Source: Phallusia mammillata (lineage: Eukaryota). Taken from it: a DNA stretch of 64,000 bases. The stretch covers positions 5,084,001 through 5,148,000 of the forward strand of contig OZ281496.1 of NCBI GenBank assembly GCA_965637545.1, in the 5' to 3' direction. Shown piece after piece: positions 25,640 through 39,400 of the stretch. Position numbers and translations under genes: made by a program. Positions within the stretch are counted from its first letter, which is position 1. The number at the start of each line of letters is the position of its first letter. The notes beneath the pieces are model-generated. The model worked only from the letters and a program-made list of their open reading frames with translations, did no database searches and was not told the origin of the DNA.

Positions 25640-26636
25640 CTGCAAAGCAAAATACAAAACAGAACCTGTTAACTATATCTGACATTAAGAGAAACACACA
25701 AGCAAACGCAAGACAGACTCAGTTTACTTTACAAAGAATACTCGGTAGGGCTATTAATCAAAACAACAACAACACCTGTACCTTGGGCAATGTTACGTCA
25801 CAGAAAATCGGAAACGCAATTGTGCGCCATACAATATGATTGTTTTGTCATCAGCATACCAATACGGTTCAAGTCATTTGGGTTGCAACAGCGTAGGTTT
25901 GAAAAATGTACATTTTCGCTAAATTAAAAGAAAAGGATTTGCCAAAAACGCACCTTGAAAACATTAATCCGCTGAACACGTTAAATTCCGACAATATCCG
26001 GTTTAAAATAAGCATAAACCCAATCAGCGTTAAGTCCGAGTCTAAACACACAAAATCGTGTTGTAAGAGCTATTGCCGCTAGGCATGGTATTAAGTTTAT
26101 ATAGCTCTTCTGCTCTATAAACTTGACTCACATTCAATGTTATTTACCCTGATGAAGATGACCTATATAAGACGTCAAAACATCCGAATAAAAGTACATT
26201 TGCCAGAAGAGGTCCATAAACATAAAATCGTGTTGTTTATTGTATTAAAACATGCACTACAAAAATGCATTTTATTCGTAAATGGAAAGATTTATGGACG
26301 ACAGTGTAAATGTGTAAAAAAGTGAATGCAGTCACGTAACGCACATAATGCAACATACAAAAATAGTTTATTGCTATGTTTATCGTTAAAAAAATAAATT
26401 TTTCTAGTGGAATTTTCGATTGAAGTTAATGGTGTCTAATGTCATTTTCGAACAATGCGCAATATTGCCAAAATAACAAATAAAAAAGGAATTTAATTCC
26501 ATTTGCTCTACAATTTGTATTAAAGCTTTTGCAAGTGGCTTATGATACAAATAATTCCGCTAGTATCGCTAACCAATGTGAATATATGTGAAAATATTTG
26601 TGACGTACCTTTCTGCGCGATGTATTGTTTTCGCAG

Positions 26637-29600
26637 AAATACGATCCCACCACTGAGTGAAGGCTTTTGTCCCTATCATCGTGCTTTGAACAGATGTTGT
26701 AGTGTGTACAGGAGTACATCTGTAAGTCTGGGAGCAGATTAAAGTCAGAATTAACAACTGCATCAAGGCTGTTTACACATCATATGCAATCACTTATTCA
26801 TCGGCTGGATTGAAACGATTGCCAGCAACAATAAAGTTATCACTAAATATGCAGAATTACCCAAACTTTGTAAGTATTCTTTAAAATATGTCAGACAGTT
26901 TTTACAAAACCTTAAATTGATTGTTTCATAGGCTCTGACTAGTCCGTATCGTCGTGCTGATAACTTCATGGTGGTAAGTACATCTTCAAATATTATGTTA
27001 AATTGTTACCAGTTTATGAGCCTTAAATGCCAGAAAGGTAAAAAATAAACATACTTCTATTATTATTGGCGTTCATGTAAAACAGCAAACGGTGCTCATA
27101 GTGCGGTAGGCTTATAAAGGTTCGAAACAAACCGGCCTCTGAAGCATGACATAGGCTGAAACAAGCTGCCTTGACGTGGGATTCAAACCAACTATACGAG
27201 CTGTTGGGTCTCGCTATACAGGCCCAGTGGTGAGTTCGTAGAAAGTCGAAATGTAAGCACAGTTGCCTGCCTCGTATGCTGCACATTTCAGCTTTGTAGT
27301 AGGGAATTTTTCGAAAGGTTTGTTCGAAAATTGGTTTTGCAGACATTTGACTGTTAGCTTTATTATTTACGCTTAAGGCCTTGTGGATTGTACACACGCC
27401 AAGTTATTGACAGGTATTGCACTAAATTATTCCTTTTTTCAGCAGATCCCGTCTACCCCACAACAAATGTTCCTGCCTCAGCCGGTAAGAACGTATGGAA
27501 GTAATGAGGTATTTTTTGAAAATTGCGGGTACATAAGTAACTACACCGGAAGCACCTTATGTTTCTTCTATGAACCTAATAATGACTTCAAATCCAAATT
27601 GAACTGTAAAGCGTACATACTTAGAAAATACATTCTGGAAAAATCAAATCAATTGAGTCCAATGGATTGATACTTAAAAATTAAATTCGTTTAAACCTTG
27701 TGTAAAACTCAAAATAAATTATGTTAGTGGGCAAATAGCAGTCCGACAGAATTAAATTAACATTTTTTAATGCGTTTCAGGTTCCGTTTGTTTCACAACA
27801 ATATCTTCTGCCTCAGCCGGTAAGAACATGGAAACAGTTTATCCAAAAATTAATGCAAAAACTGTTTCCATTTTTACAAAAATGTTGAGTGTATTTTATT
27901 AATAGGTAATAACAGTCTGAATTACGGTGTTGCTTGTTAACGTTTTAAATAAGTTTCGATCGAAACAAATGCTGTCTTTCTCAAAAACTTGGTAACTTAC
28001 TTATTTTTGTTAGCATACAAGACAGTTCTTTTTTTAAAGTTTCAAATAGATAAGTGACGATGAAACACTTTGCACTACCAACTACTTCACCTGCATAGGC
28101 TAAGCGCATATTGATCATTTTGTGCAAAACATTTTTCACATTTGGTTTATTATATATTTGTAACACTTAGAGTGAAGAATATGAAGGCTTCCCGACCGAC
28201 AAAATTGGTCATTGAAAACAAAAGGCCCCATAATAAATAAACACTAATTTGGCGAGCGACTTTACCAAACTATTTTCTGTCATTCCTTTAATATTTTGAC
28301 AAACGTTTGGATTTAAAACATGTCTAAGGGAATATAAATTCATAACTGGGATCAGCCCTGAAGCGTCGATGCAGACCAGCGATCACGGCACACTCATATA
28401 TAAATCACAATTATGGGCTGATCCCAGTTATGAATTGATGTTCATCTTTAACTGATACTGGTCAATCTGGCGATCCCCTACTACGAAGCTGACATGTGCA
28501 GAATACGAGGCAGGCAACGGTGCTTGTGATTCGACTTTCGGCGGATTCTCCACTGAGCCTGCGTAGCTTAGTTGGTAGAGCGCGAGTCCCGGAAAGACTC
28601 CTGTCGTGGGTTCGAATCCAACCGCAGGCTAGATTTTTCCAGTCTACGCCTGATTTTCCAGTCTACGCCTGACCGGCTGATTCGGTATGACGCCTTTAAT
28701 GGGCCTGGCGTACTGTGATGTCTAAGGGATTGTCATTTTTGCAACGATGGCATATGGATAAAATGATAATGGAAATATAATTTTGACTTTGATTAGGAAA
28801 AGCATTCTGAAAGAGCTATCCGTACAAGTTTTTTCTCCTTTATGATTTTTAGCCGCAGTACAATCCTTTCCTTCAAGGCGGTCAGATAATGATGGTAAGT
28901 ATATTGTCAAGAAGAAAATATGTTAAAACTAAATGACGATAAATGTATTACTCCAAAGAATGTGAAAAGCAAATGAGCAATTTAGTTTTAAAGTTTCTCA
29001 ATCTTTGTTTGAAGTTCGTCTTTGCCGCTTTTCTATAGGAAATAAACACTATTTTAAATATTTTTTAATATGTAAAATTTTTTGCTGCCTTGGTTCTTGA
29101 AGAAACGAGTAACATAAATTATTTAGTTTAAATTTCTTTTAAACATTCAGCGGGTTGGCTCAATTCCTTAATTAAACGCTTTGCCTGTAAATAATTTGTA
29201 GGTCTCAAAATTATTCACACGTTGATTTTCAGGCACCGCCTGTTTTACCACAATATTTTCTGCCTCAAACGGTACGAAGGTTATTAAAAAAAGAATAATC
29301 ATTTTCTTATGGAGCGTGGTGATAAAAAGTTTTATAGTAGGAGATAATTCGAATTCATCCATTTTTTACAAACTTTTTTTAATCCGCTAAATCTTTTTGC
29401 CATTTTATTTTATTGCCTTAATGATATAAACTCGTTTTTGTTCAAGATTACTATCTAAACCAGTGGTTCTCAAACTTTTTATTGTCGGGGCCAAATGGCA
29501 TTTTTTAAGTGTGTAGGGTGCCGCAAACAACGAAACCTTGCAAAAAATTACTTTTTACTTTGAAAGCTAAAATAGCAATTTTTGGTGGTTTTCTGGGGTC

Positions 29601-31406
29601 TGGTGCGAGCCCCAAAATAAGTAGTTGGGAGCCGCATGAGGCCCCGAAAACCGAGTTTAAGAACCACTGATCTAAACAAACAAACCTATATCTTAGTATT
29701 GAACTGTGCATAAACCGTGGAAAATCGCATGTGCTTCTATTTTTTTTGCTCAGGGCACCAGTCTACCAACAAGTAATCCATACCATAGGGTAAGAATTTA
29801 CATGAAAAATCTTTGCATAAACGCCAAAAACTTAAAAAAACTTTATGTGAAATAAAGTTTTGTCTTGTTTTTATAGTTTAATTTTTGTTTAGCAAAAAGA
29901 AACTGAAGTAAAAAAATGTAACAAAATGTTTTGATATTTAGGTTTCAAGTAATGTCGAATGCGAAAAATATGAATACAACGTAAGATCACCAGCTCAATA
30001 CCAAGGTAAGGAAAAACGTATGTTTAAAGAACCAGGGAATTAGATTGATTTTAATGCAGGTTGCATAATGTTGAAACATATAATAATATTAATTCGTCAC
30101 ATTGTTTACTATACAATGCATTATAATGATTCTCATAAAAGTATCAAATATACATTAAATTTAAATTATACTCTTTACATGTTGTTTGAAATGATGTTAT
30201 TTGTAAATAATGATTTAATTCAATTTGTTTATTTCTGTAAAAGCATAAAACAAATATATGATAAAGATAGAATGTGTCCACTGACTGCAGCTTATTGTTT
30301 ATTATTGTTTCTCTATTTTGAATTTCACACAACGGCATTTTTGTTTTTTTGGGAAAGTGAAAACGGTTCCAAAAATTACGTATGGTGAAGATACTGGTGA
30401 TGAATCTGATGACAAGAAGAAGGTTATCGAATATCATCGGTCGGACGTGAGTGAATAGATAATATGCTTATGTATAGAGTTTGTAACACTTTTTGTGAAT
30501 AATCGGACAAAGAATTGCTTGTTTGTTTAAATGTAAGTACAGGGTGACTCAAACATGAAAAAGGGTTGTATAATTGTGGTGGTTTCAAACACAAATTGTA
30601 GATTAAACTAACGTTTATTCTATGTTATTGGATTGTTTGTTTGTGTTACAACTGTTTCGCTTTCGTTTCGTTTGTGAAACAGTTTGTGGTTTGTATTATT
30701 GTCTACCGTACTACGTCTCATATCTCAATGTAATGATTGACAAACCGGCGAAGTTTCAAATAGTTGTATCAATGCTATGCTGTTTAATTAAAAATGAAGT
30801 TCATTAAAAATTACGTAATTTACTTGATACAATTGATTATTAAACTATCAGTTGCGTTTTGCTTAATCTGCAACAAACACAAACAAAGACGCAGTTTAGT
30901 TTTTTTAACAAAAATTTTGTTTTGATTTTTACAGAGTCAGAGTAATGTCCAAAAAATTCCACCTGTGAAGGTAAAATGTAACAAAATTAAACTTATACCG
31001 TAAACATGAAACATTTTGTGGGTAGATGTTTTAACTAATGGCTGTGTTTCGCAAATAACATACGTATTTAAAAAGAATATGATGGTTAATATAGTTTGAA
31101 AAACAAACAATAACATTTGTTATTTACATGACATATAAATTAGGTTTCAGAAAAAGTGAAAATGGATCGACAAAATTTAAACCGACCACCTCAAAACCTG
31201 GGTAAGAAATTTCGAGTTTATAAATTTAACAAAACTTTTAACGTTGCCAAGCATTTGATGTTCTTTCAGCCCGAATTGCATTCGACAATTTTGACCCCAA
31301 CGGACAACCAGCAGAAGAATCAACACAAATAAATAGGAACAGGGATAGATTTCGTCACAACCTTTTGCAACGTAGCAGAAACGGGCGTTCTGCAAACTAT
31401 CGTTAA
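26637..31406 (+). CDS. Family-X gene copy 2 (5' end undefined): micro-exon-built Pro/Gln-rich region and terminal exon
   Basis: Phase-compatible GT-AG exons: 26637-26721 (least certain), 26932-26973, 27443-27484, 27781-27819, 28853-28894, 29233-29271, 29942-30005, 30391-30446, 30935-30970, 31144-31201, 31270-31406 (ARIAFDNFDPNGQPAEESTQ..YR*). Confidence 0.7.
27090..27310 (-). mobile_element. Old degenerate copy of the tRNA-like repeat
   Basis: gtgggattcaaacc, gttgcctgcctcgtatgctgcacat, ctttgtagtaggg. Confidence 0.65.
28332..28717. mobile_element. tRNA-like-containing permuted repeat with inverted end and 12-bp TSD
   Basis: TSD atgtctaaggga at 28320-28331 and 28718-28729. 28332-28410 is antisense to the terminus region; 28412-28717 is sense. 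Confidence 0.85.
28557..28630 (+). tRNA. tRNA-like cloverleaf inside the repeat (probably not a functional tRNA)
   Basis: Acceptor GCCTGCG/CGCAGGC; A box TAGCTTAGTTGGTAGAGC; anticodon-arm stem GAGTC/GACTC with loop CCGGAAA (no U33); B box GGTTCGAATCC; followed by T5. Confidence 0.7.
29461..29669. mobile_element. hAT-type MITE
   Basis: TIRs cagtggttctcaaact / agtttaagaaccactg; perfect 8-bp TSD atctaaac. Confidence 0.9.
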
Positions 31407-32443
31407 TTTTATGGCATAGAATGTAAACCTAAATCAAACTGTTTTACGTATCATGGCCGTAGCTTTCAAATACTAAAATTGTTTTTTTCATGTTTTGACA
31501 TACGGTTTGTTGATGATGCAGGATAAAACTTATCAACTTTCCAATTAGAGTCCAATCAGATTTTCTACCATTGTTGTACCTGTTTTGTTGTACAAAAGTC
31601 ACTAGTGCAGCAAGGTTAAATCGATAAAGCGATGGTTAGTTGTTAAGATACTCATATTTAACATTAAAAATATTACATGTTTTTGCTTGTTTTACGAAAC
31701 CATTTACAATTATTATTAGATTATGTTTAAATTATATCTCATTAAATAGGATTCGCATTTTTGTGACTTTTTTGCCGAACAAAATTGTTGCCTTTCTACT
31801 GATGTATAAGCATAAAGTATTTATTACGTCAAAATACATACGTTTATTGTCATCCACCAAATGCCAAAATATCATTTGAGGTCGGTCAAATGGCAAATGG
31901 AAAACATCTTTGTTACAGCCAAGGATAAACTAATCTTTGCCAAATTAGATTGTGTTTGTTGGTCCAAGCAAATCGTAGTGAACTGCAGTTTAATATACGA
32001 GTTCATTATTAATTTCGTTGCCTTAATGCAGGCCTTTTTTGTGACAAACCAACCAGACAATCTCACTTATCCTACTGTTATGCCGACAGCAAAGCACGCA
32101 CGAAAGTTCAAAACACTTTGATTAAGGCGAAATGTTGTATAAAAAGTTATTACAAAGAAATATGCAACGATGTTTTTTCTGTCTACTTTCTGTCATTGTA
32201 ATAATAGTAATAATTCAAGACTAAAATTTAAGTCGGCCTAGAAAAATATCATGTAAATACAAAAATTTCAGTAAAGCAACAAGATCGCCTTTACAGTCAC
32301 ACGTAAATTCTGTTGTAGGCGTGGAAAAAGGGAAACAGTAGTTTTCGCAATACCGTCATACAAACTGAATCAACAAATATTATGTTTACCAAAGCCATCT
32401 GTTGTACAGCATAGCGTATCATATTCCGGTTTGTCACCTAATG

Positions 32444-33008
32444 CAGGGGTGTCAAACTTGCGGCCGGAGGGCCGCATGCGGCCCACGAACACTTAACAAC
32501 AACTGTATTATTTTGTCAGATATATGTGCGGCCGTAAACATGTTCATTAAAATAGTTGTACTGGCGGTCGTGACGCAATTAAAACTCTTTTGAAACAGTA
32601 TTACTAGCCTAGTAGCCATATGCGTCAGATTTTTTGTACGCCTATTGTGTGCAAACAATGCGGACAAACAGGAACCACTGGCGTCACAATATAGATTATG
32701 ACGTAATAAACAATTAAAACTGATGTTAACACTGTGCAGCTTGATTTGTGCATCAAGTTGGAAATTAATCTGGGCTTTTGGCGCGCCAATAGTTGGTATA
32801 CATGAGATTTTAACCCATTTTTTTAAAACCTGTAATTTTAAAATAAAAACCAGCAGGTAGTTGGCGGCTGTTGGTAAAATAAGGATCTGCGATGCGGCCA
32901 TAGTAGCGAAAAGGTTGTTTAAGTGTACAAAACTAGATCAAAAATCACATGCGGCATAATTTCAAAACTGCGATGTGGCCCACGAATCCCACGAGTTTGA
33001 CACCGCTG
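32444..33008. mobile_element. hAT-type non-autonomous element
   Basis: TIRs caggggtgtcaaac / gtttgacaccgctg; perfect 8-bp TSD acctaatg. Confidence 0.9.
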
Positions 33009-33400
33009 ACCTAATGCGTTGTATGATTTATAGAGGGATGTAATTATGTTTTGTAAGTATAGACCGAATTTGTTTCGAAAGCTAAAATATTTGAAAATGT
33101 TTTTTCCTGATTCATGTTATAAGCTAAATCAAAAAACACAAGTTTGACTCTATGTGATTATATTGTACATAACAGTTAAACATAAACACAACAATACCTT
33201 GACAAAGTAATTTCATGTCAGCTATGAATGATGCATGTAATAAGTGAAATGATGCATGATATTTTTGGACAACCTCATTTGCAAACAGCGGTGTTTAAAA
33301 TGAAAACACATTTAATTTGTTATTTGTTTTTATCTTCAAAAGTGAATAGTTATTTACATGCACACAAACAATGCCATGATGAGAATAATAGAAAATGCAT

Positions 33401-36400
33401 TTACTGGCAAAATTGTCTCGCATTGCGATCCTGGGTCAGTTTGCTCCATACGATGTAACCAGCTCCTATAATAATTACAGCCAGAAGAACAAACATCACA
33501 AGTTGGTAGCTGTTGCCAGCTCCTTTAAAAGCTTCGTTTCTTTCTCTTGTTGTATAATTGATAAAAAAAATCATGCTTAACAAAAACAAATGAGTAAAGA
33601 TTTGTTTATTTGTTGTTGTAGCCAACCATGAAACAGCCATGTGTTCGCCATACTCATGAAAATTATGGTATACGTCAAGATTGCAAGAAGCCATCGAATC
33701 AGTCTGGTTGTTAAAGCAACGGATACCAGAAAAAGAAAATAAGAGAAATAAGAGAATCCATGAAATACGTTTTAAGGTAACTGTTAGATTTATTTACCTT
33801 TTATATGTGTCCTGTAATGCAAACACAGTCTCATTATTGAAACAAGTTAAGGCGGTTAACAACGGAGCGATTGTTACCATTGAAGTTAATCACATATACA
33901 TCTACGTAAGTAACCACCAAAACGCAGTATATTAACTTGAGAAAAAAATCTTAAGTTATTATGCCCCAAAATTTTGAAAAGTGAAGTTATTATGACCCAA
34001 GCCGTGTGACTTGCTTGCTAGAACTACAAATTTCCTTAGCAGAAGCACGTGTATCAGCAATATAATCTAGAATAGAGATTAAATTTTTCTTCTTGTATTA
34101 CCAAGCAGGAAAGCGGTATCTTGAACAATGTGCACTGGCCCTGCAGAAAGCCGTTGATTGCGACCATTGTCTTCAACAGATCGCCGTTTCTTACCAGAAC
34201 AAGACTGCAAAAAAAATTACACTAATATTGATATTTAATGGAACACCAGTCTTATCAAAGGCGTCATACCGAATTAAGCCGATCACGGCTGCACGGCGTA
34301 TTTTCCGTGCTATTACTCTATCAGCTGAACCAAACAAGAGGGTTTAAATACTCTTTAGTTTGTATGTATGCTACGGACAGTAAACATCGTTATTTTCCAT
34401 GTGGTTCGGACCCAAGACGGGGGGATAGGTGCCGAATCCCGATGAAGTTTTTGTAGGTCTTTATGTAGGTCTGGCGCGCCGGACCATTCGGCCATTGTAC
34501 TGGTTTGCCATATAAAATCGCATGAGTGCAGCTTGTGACAGGAAATATACCGTACCTAGGACACTCCAGTTTGTTGTGTGCAACAGACTATTAGCCGCGC
34601 CTCACTAAAACTTTTCAATGAACGCCAAGAAAAAATCTTTAGTTTATCTAGACACATACTGTTTCGAGTTTTTGTGAGCAATACTCCGCAATTGTGTTCA
34701 GATAAAACAAATATCCTCGATCTTTCTATAGTTTTCGACGAACACTACTTTTATACATATATATATATATCACAAGTCCAAAATGCACTTAATTCAACTC
34801 ACCTGTCCAGGGCATTGTCCAGTTGAATTTTGACAGACGGTCACGTCGCAGTGGATGTAGATATATTGATCTGCGTCGGTAAAGTTTGTCCACACAAAGC
34901 TCATCACCTTGAAAGTTGCAAAGTTGGATCGGTAATTGCGCATCATCATCTTTGCGTCGGCAGTCTCGCCCCCACTGGGTGGCGCAACGCACCTAATAAT
35001 TTCAATGCTAAGTTACACAGAGTGAAATTGCGCAGGAACTTGGCCGAATGGTCCAGCTCGCCTGACCCATTTACAGCCATAAAAAGGCAGAGTGAAATTC
35101 AGATGGAAAATTAATCACTGAACAAACAAGCTCCCGACTAAGAAAATAATATGTTGAGGTTATGCAACTATATCTTACCCGCTTTGTACAATTTGGTAAC
35201 TAGGCAAACTATCGGAGTTTTCATTGCGTGTCGCCCAACAGGCTTCCAGCTGTGCAAAAAGATGTTCCACTTTAAGAGTATAAATTACAAACTAGACCAA
35301 AGATGCCAGAATAATGTATATTAAAACAAAGAATGCAATGTTTTCTTGCACTAAAAGCAGTTTGTTTTCATCACCTGGACAATAAAGTCATTGTTGTTTG
35401 TAGAAATCTCATCAAGTTTAAGTTTAGCAAAAATGTAGTTAGGTACAGTTACTTCTCTGGGCAAGCTTTCGGTATATAATTCGTTGCTAAAGAGATTTAG
35501 GACAACATCCAAAGTTCCTGTTTTCTTCGCCGAAATTTCTTCAGATCTACAATATTTAAAAATTTTCGGAAATAAAAATTGCAATCAATATGACAAATAG
35601 CTTACTATCTTTAACGCCCTGGTGTGTACGCGAGATTATCAAATACACGTTAACGCACTAGATTAATACCGTGCATTTTGTTCAGCAGCATTGGTAAATA
35701 CACTCTCCACATTATTATGGCCTTGTCTAAATAGAATTGTGCAATTTTAAACGGTTGGATAAATTGCCACCTGAAATGGCTACAATTAAGGTACCTGACA
35801 ACAACCGAATCATGCAAGGAGAAATAAACTGTGCTGCGTGTGATACACAGTGCGGCAAGTGCTGTTGAGTGTCTTGTGTCATCATGATGTATAATTATGC
35901 CTTATTTTTTTGTCAAATGTGTCATGCATGCCAGGTGTCTTGTGGCATGGGCAGATTGATGAGTTCTGTGTCGTGTGGAATGTGTACAGCTGTATGTCAT
36001 TCATGGTGTGGTTGGTTGGATGTTTTGTGACATGTGCAACATTTCTTTTTCCGTTTGTCAAATTGTTTTAAAGTGATGTCAACCAAAGACTGTGTAACGT
36101 ATTATCACGCCTACTGTGTGTTTTGTACATGTTGTCTTGTACCGAGTGCCACAGCTGTTATATAATTCATAGTACCCCGGGCCTATTCGAATCAGTTGGT
36201 ATCCCAAGCATTCCCACAAGGCAAGCCTCAGGTTAGAAAAATATAGCCTGCGGTGGGATTCGAACCAACGATAGGAGTCTTTTCTGTACTCGCGCTCTAC
36301 CAACTAAGCTACACAGGCTCAGTGGAGAAATCGCCAAAAGTCGAATCACAAGCACCATGCCTTGTATGCTGCACATGCCAGTTTCGTAGTAGGGGATCAC

Positions 36401-39400
36401 CAGTTCGACCGTATCAGATAAGATGAACATATTCATACTGGGATCAGCCCTGAAGCATCGATGCAGACCAGCGATCACGACATACATATCGATAAATCAT
36501 AGTACCTCAGGCCTATTAACGGTGTGTACCGAAACAGACGGGCACCAAGCATTCACATCAATATGGCAAGGCGTCAGCTAGAAAAAGCTAGCATGCGATG
36601 GGATTCGAACCCACGACAGGAGTCTTTTTTTCAGGCCTACGCCTTGCCGTGTGGTGGTGAATGCTTGGATGACCAGCTGATTCGGCACACGTCTTTAATA
36701 GAACTGGCATACTATCATTTATCGATATGTATGCCGTGATTGATGGTCCGACGCTTCAAGGCTGATCCCACTATAAATATGTTCATCTTAGTTGTTATAT
36801 AAATGTTTGTTTTTCGTCTCTTTACCCGATTTGTGTATAAATTTTGGATGACGAGATAAGAATTCCCGCGTCAAATAGACAAGTCACATTGAGCTTGTTT
36901 TGAACGTCGCGTTGGATCACGGCAAGGGATGGAGCTAGGTATCTCCAGATCAGGAAAGACACCGACAACATTCCGTTTTCATTCTGTACAAGAGCAGGAA
37001 AATTACATTATATTTCAAAATAGGCGGTCTTTCATTATGCAGCAAAACAAAGATTAAACACTTTATTATTATCCATAACTATACAATGTTTATTGGTTCT
37101 AATAGCTAATGTTTTCTAAAATATAATAAGGACATATTGTCTATGTATAAATCAGTATTGCTTATCCAGCAGTTTTATTGTAAACAATCAGTTTTATTGT
37201 ATTGTCTATGTGTTCAGAACAAAAATCCAACTTTACCTTAAAAGCACATTTGCATTGGCCAATGTCAAACGTAAACACTGGGTTTGACCCTTTGACCTTG
37301 CAGTTGTCATGGAGTTGAGAAAGGGGGGTTTCCCGGTCTAATGCGATGTAAAGTGTATCGCCGAATTCGTAATCTAATGTGTTCTGTTGATCAGCTGTTA
37401 CTCTGCGAATATTGGACTGTTAAGTTTTTGTACATTATAAAAGTCTAGACAACTTCCAAACATTTATACTATGTTGCTCTATTTATCGCGAAAACCGATT
37501 AGAACACCCATTGCAAACTGATAAGTAAAATGTCTGAATCAATAAAAAACTAAAAACAAGAGATTACAAGCCTATGGCAAAAACAGGCAGTGCACCAAAA
37601 TCCTTGAAATACTGTATTTTTTTAATAATCTTCTAGTTATTACAGACTTTCAAAAAATTAGCAATAATTTTCAAAAAGAATCAAAAAGAAAATATTAACT
37701 TACCTGATGGTCAAATTTTCAGTCCTACATTCAACAGATGGTATTCCTACACAAAAAGCATTTTTCAACCGTGATAATAAAGTTCGAGCACTATTCTAAT
37801 TTTTATGGATGAAAATTTACTTCTACATATTAAATTTGTTATTTCATTGCTTTTATTAAATTTGTTATTTCAAACATTTCATTGCTTTTATATTGTGACA
37901 ATAATTTAATGGATTTTATTTAGTAATTTTATTATATAAAATGTTTCAGCTTGGCATCAGCAAACTAACAAAACGATATAAGTTGGTAAGACCAAACCAA
38001 AAATAAGAACTTGATGTCAAAATAACCCGTCTTGAACTCAAATTTTTTAGTGCTATGTTATTGACAAAACAAATATTGAAATTACATTTTCAGACCACCC
38101 TTAACCTATAACTCATGCTGGCTGAGTTCGAGTGTGTTTTTATCATTTGCATGTCAAAATTTTGTGCCTGAAAGCAGATTTGCCTCACCTACTGTCGCAT
38201 TAAATCCTGGGAATTGCGTGTCACCGTCGCTCACAAACAAGACAGTGAGATATGTTGCTGTCACCGTGTAATCAAATGACCCAAGCGACCCAACAAATTT
38301 GTCCACATTACCTTCTTCGTTCTTGAACTGAAAACAATAGAGTATTTTTTATTTTCAGTATGTTCAGAAATGCTAACATTTAGCCGCAGGGGGCACACTT
38401 GTTGTCCTAAAAACGGTCGCATACCTCCTTAAGGCCGCAAGTTTCTCATCATTAAATTAGGCGCTTGTCAAAAATATGATTTCTACCACCTTAAGCAAAG
38501 TTATTGCTTTTTCAATATTAGAAGCAAACTTTTCCCCACTGGAAAATCAGTTTATAATAAATATGTTACTCAAAAATTCATTAAAAAAACAAACTTAAAC
38601 ATGTATTAATTTCAAGCGTATTGCGGAAAATTTCGTAAAAATAACATACCGTTTCCATTCGATTATTTGCGTCGACAATATCTCCCGGAATTTTAGGTGT
38701 ATATTAGTTAAGACACTTACGTATAAAAAGTCGCAGCAGGTCTCAGTGTAAAATGTGGAGAATTGGAACACCAAGGTTCTGCTGCTATTCATTTGAAATC
38801 TCCAAACACAACCAGCATCGTTGGGGTAGTAACTAGGAAACATTGGAGAGAGTAAATTGTACGGTATATCAGCAACATCTTCCCCGCACGAAGTAACTAT
38901 AAAACACAAAAAGATTAGCTTGAGACAGTGCAACTAGTAAGAATAGTTCCAAAAAGTTGTTTTGACCATCGAGTTGTCAATTTTGTGTGGCTTATATCTA
39001 GTTGTCGATCCGATAACCAGTGGAATATCACCACTGTTTAAGAAGTGCTTATAAACTACGCTTTTATTGTACATCAAACAATTGTTTGCAAATTATACTT
39101 TTATTCAATTAGTTGTTTCTTTTGTTTGCAAAATAATAGATTTGACATCATTTTGTTGATACCGAACCGAAAACATGTTTCTTTCGCATGCTTTAAGTTT
39201 CGGTTATAAAGGAATCGTAAACCTGACTTACATGAACTTATGCGAAACGACACAGATTCCGTTGTGAGGTTTGTGACACAAGATATATAAGCAGATGAGC
39301 TTTCAACGATAACCGGAAAAGATAAGCTTCCACCTTCCAACGTTCCAGCCAATTTACCTTGTTTGTCGGATCCCTCGTAAATCTAGATTTTTCTATTTAC

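Noticed and set aside
28557-28630. Functional tRNA-Ser(GGA) gene
   Set aside because: No U33, an extra base before the anticodon stem, variable anticodon loops among copies, and always embedded in the dispersed repeat.
39255-39385. IYEGSD..GTL exon as half of a second CUB domain
   Set aside because: It splices in frame directly after NNFCK, no matching CUB first half exists, and it supplies the closing Cys of the kringle-like unit.
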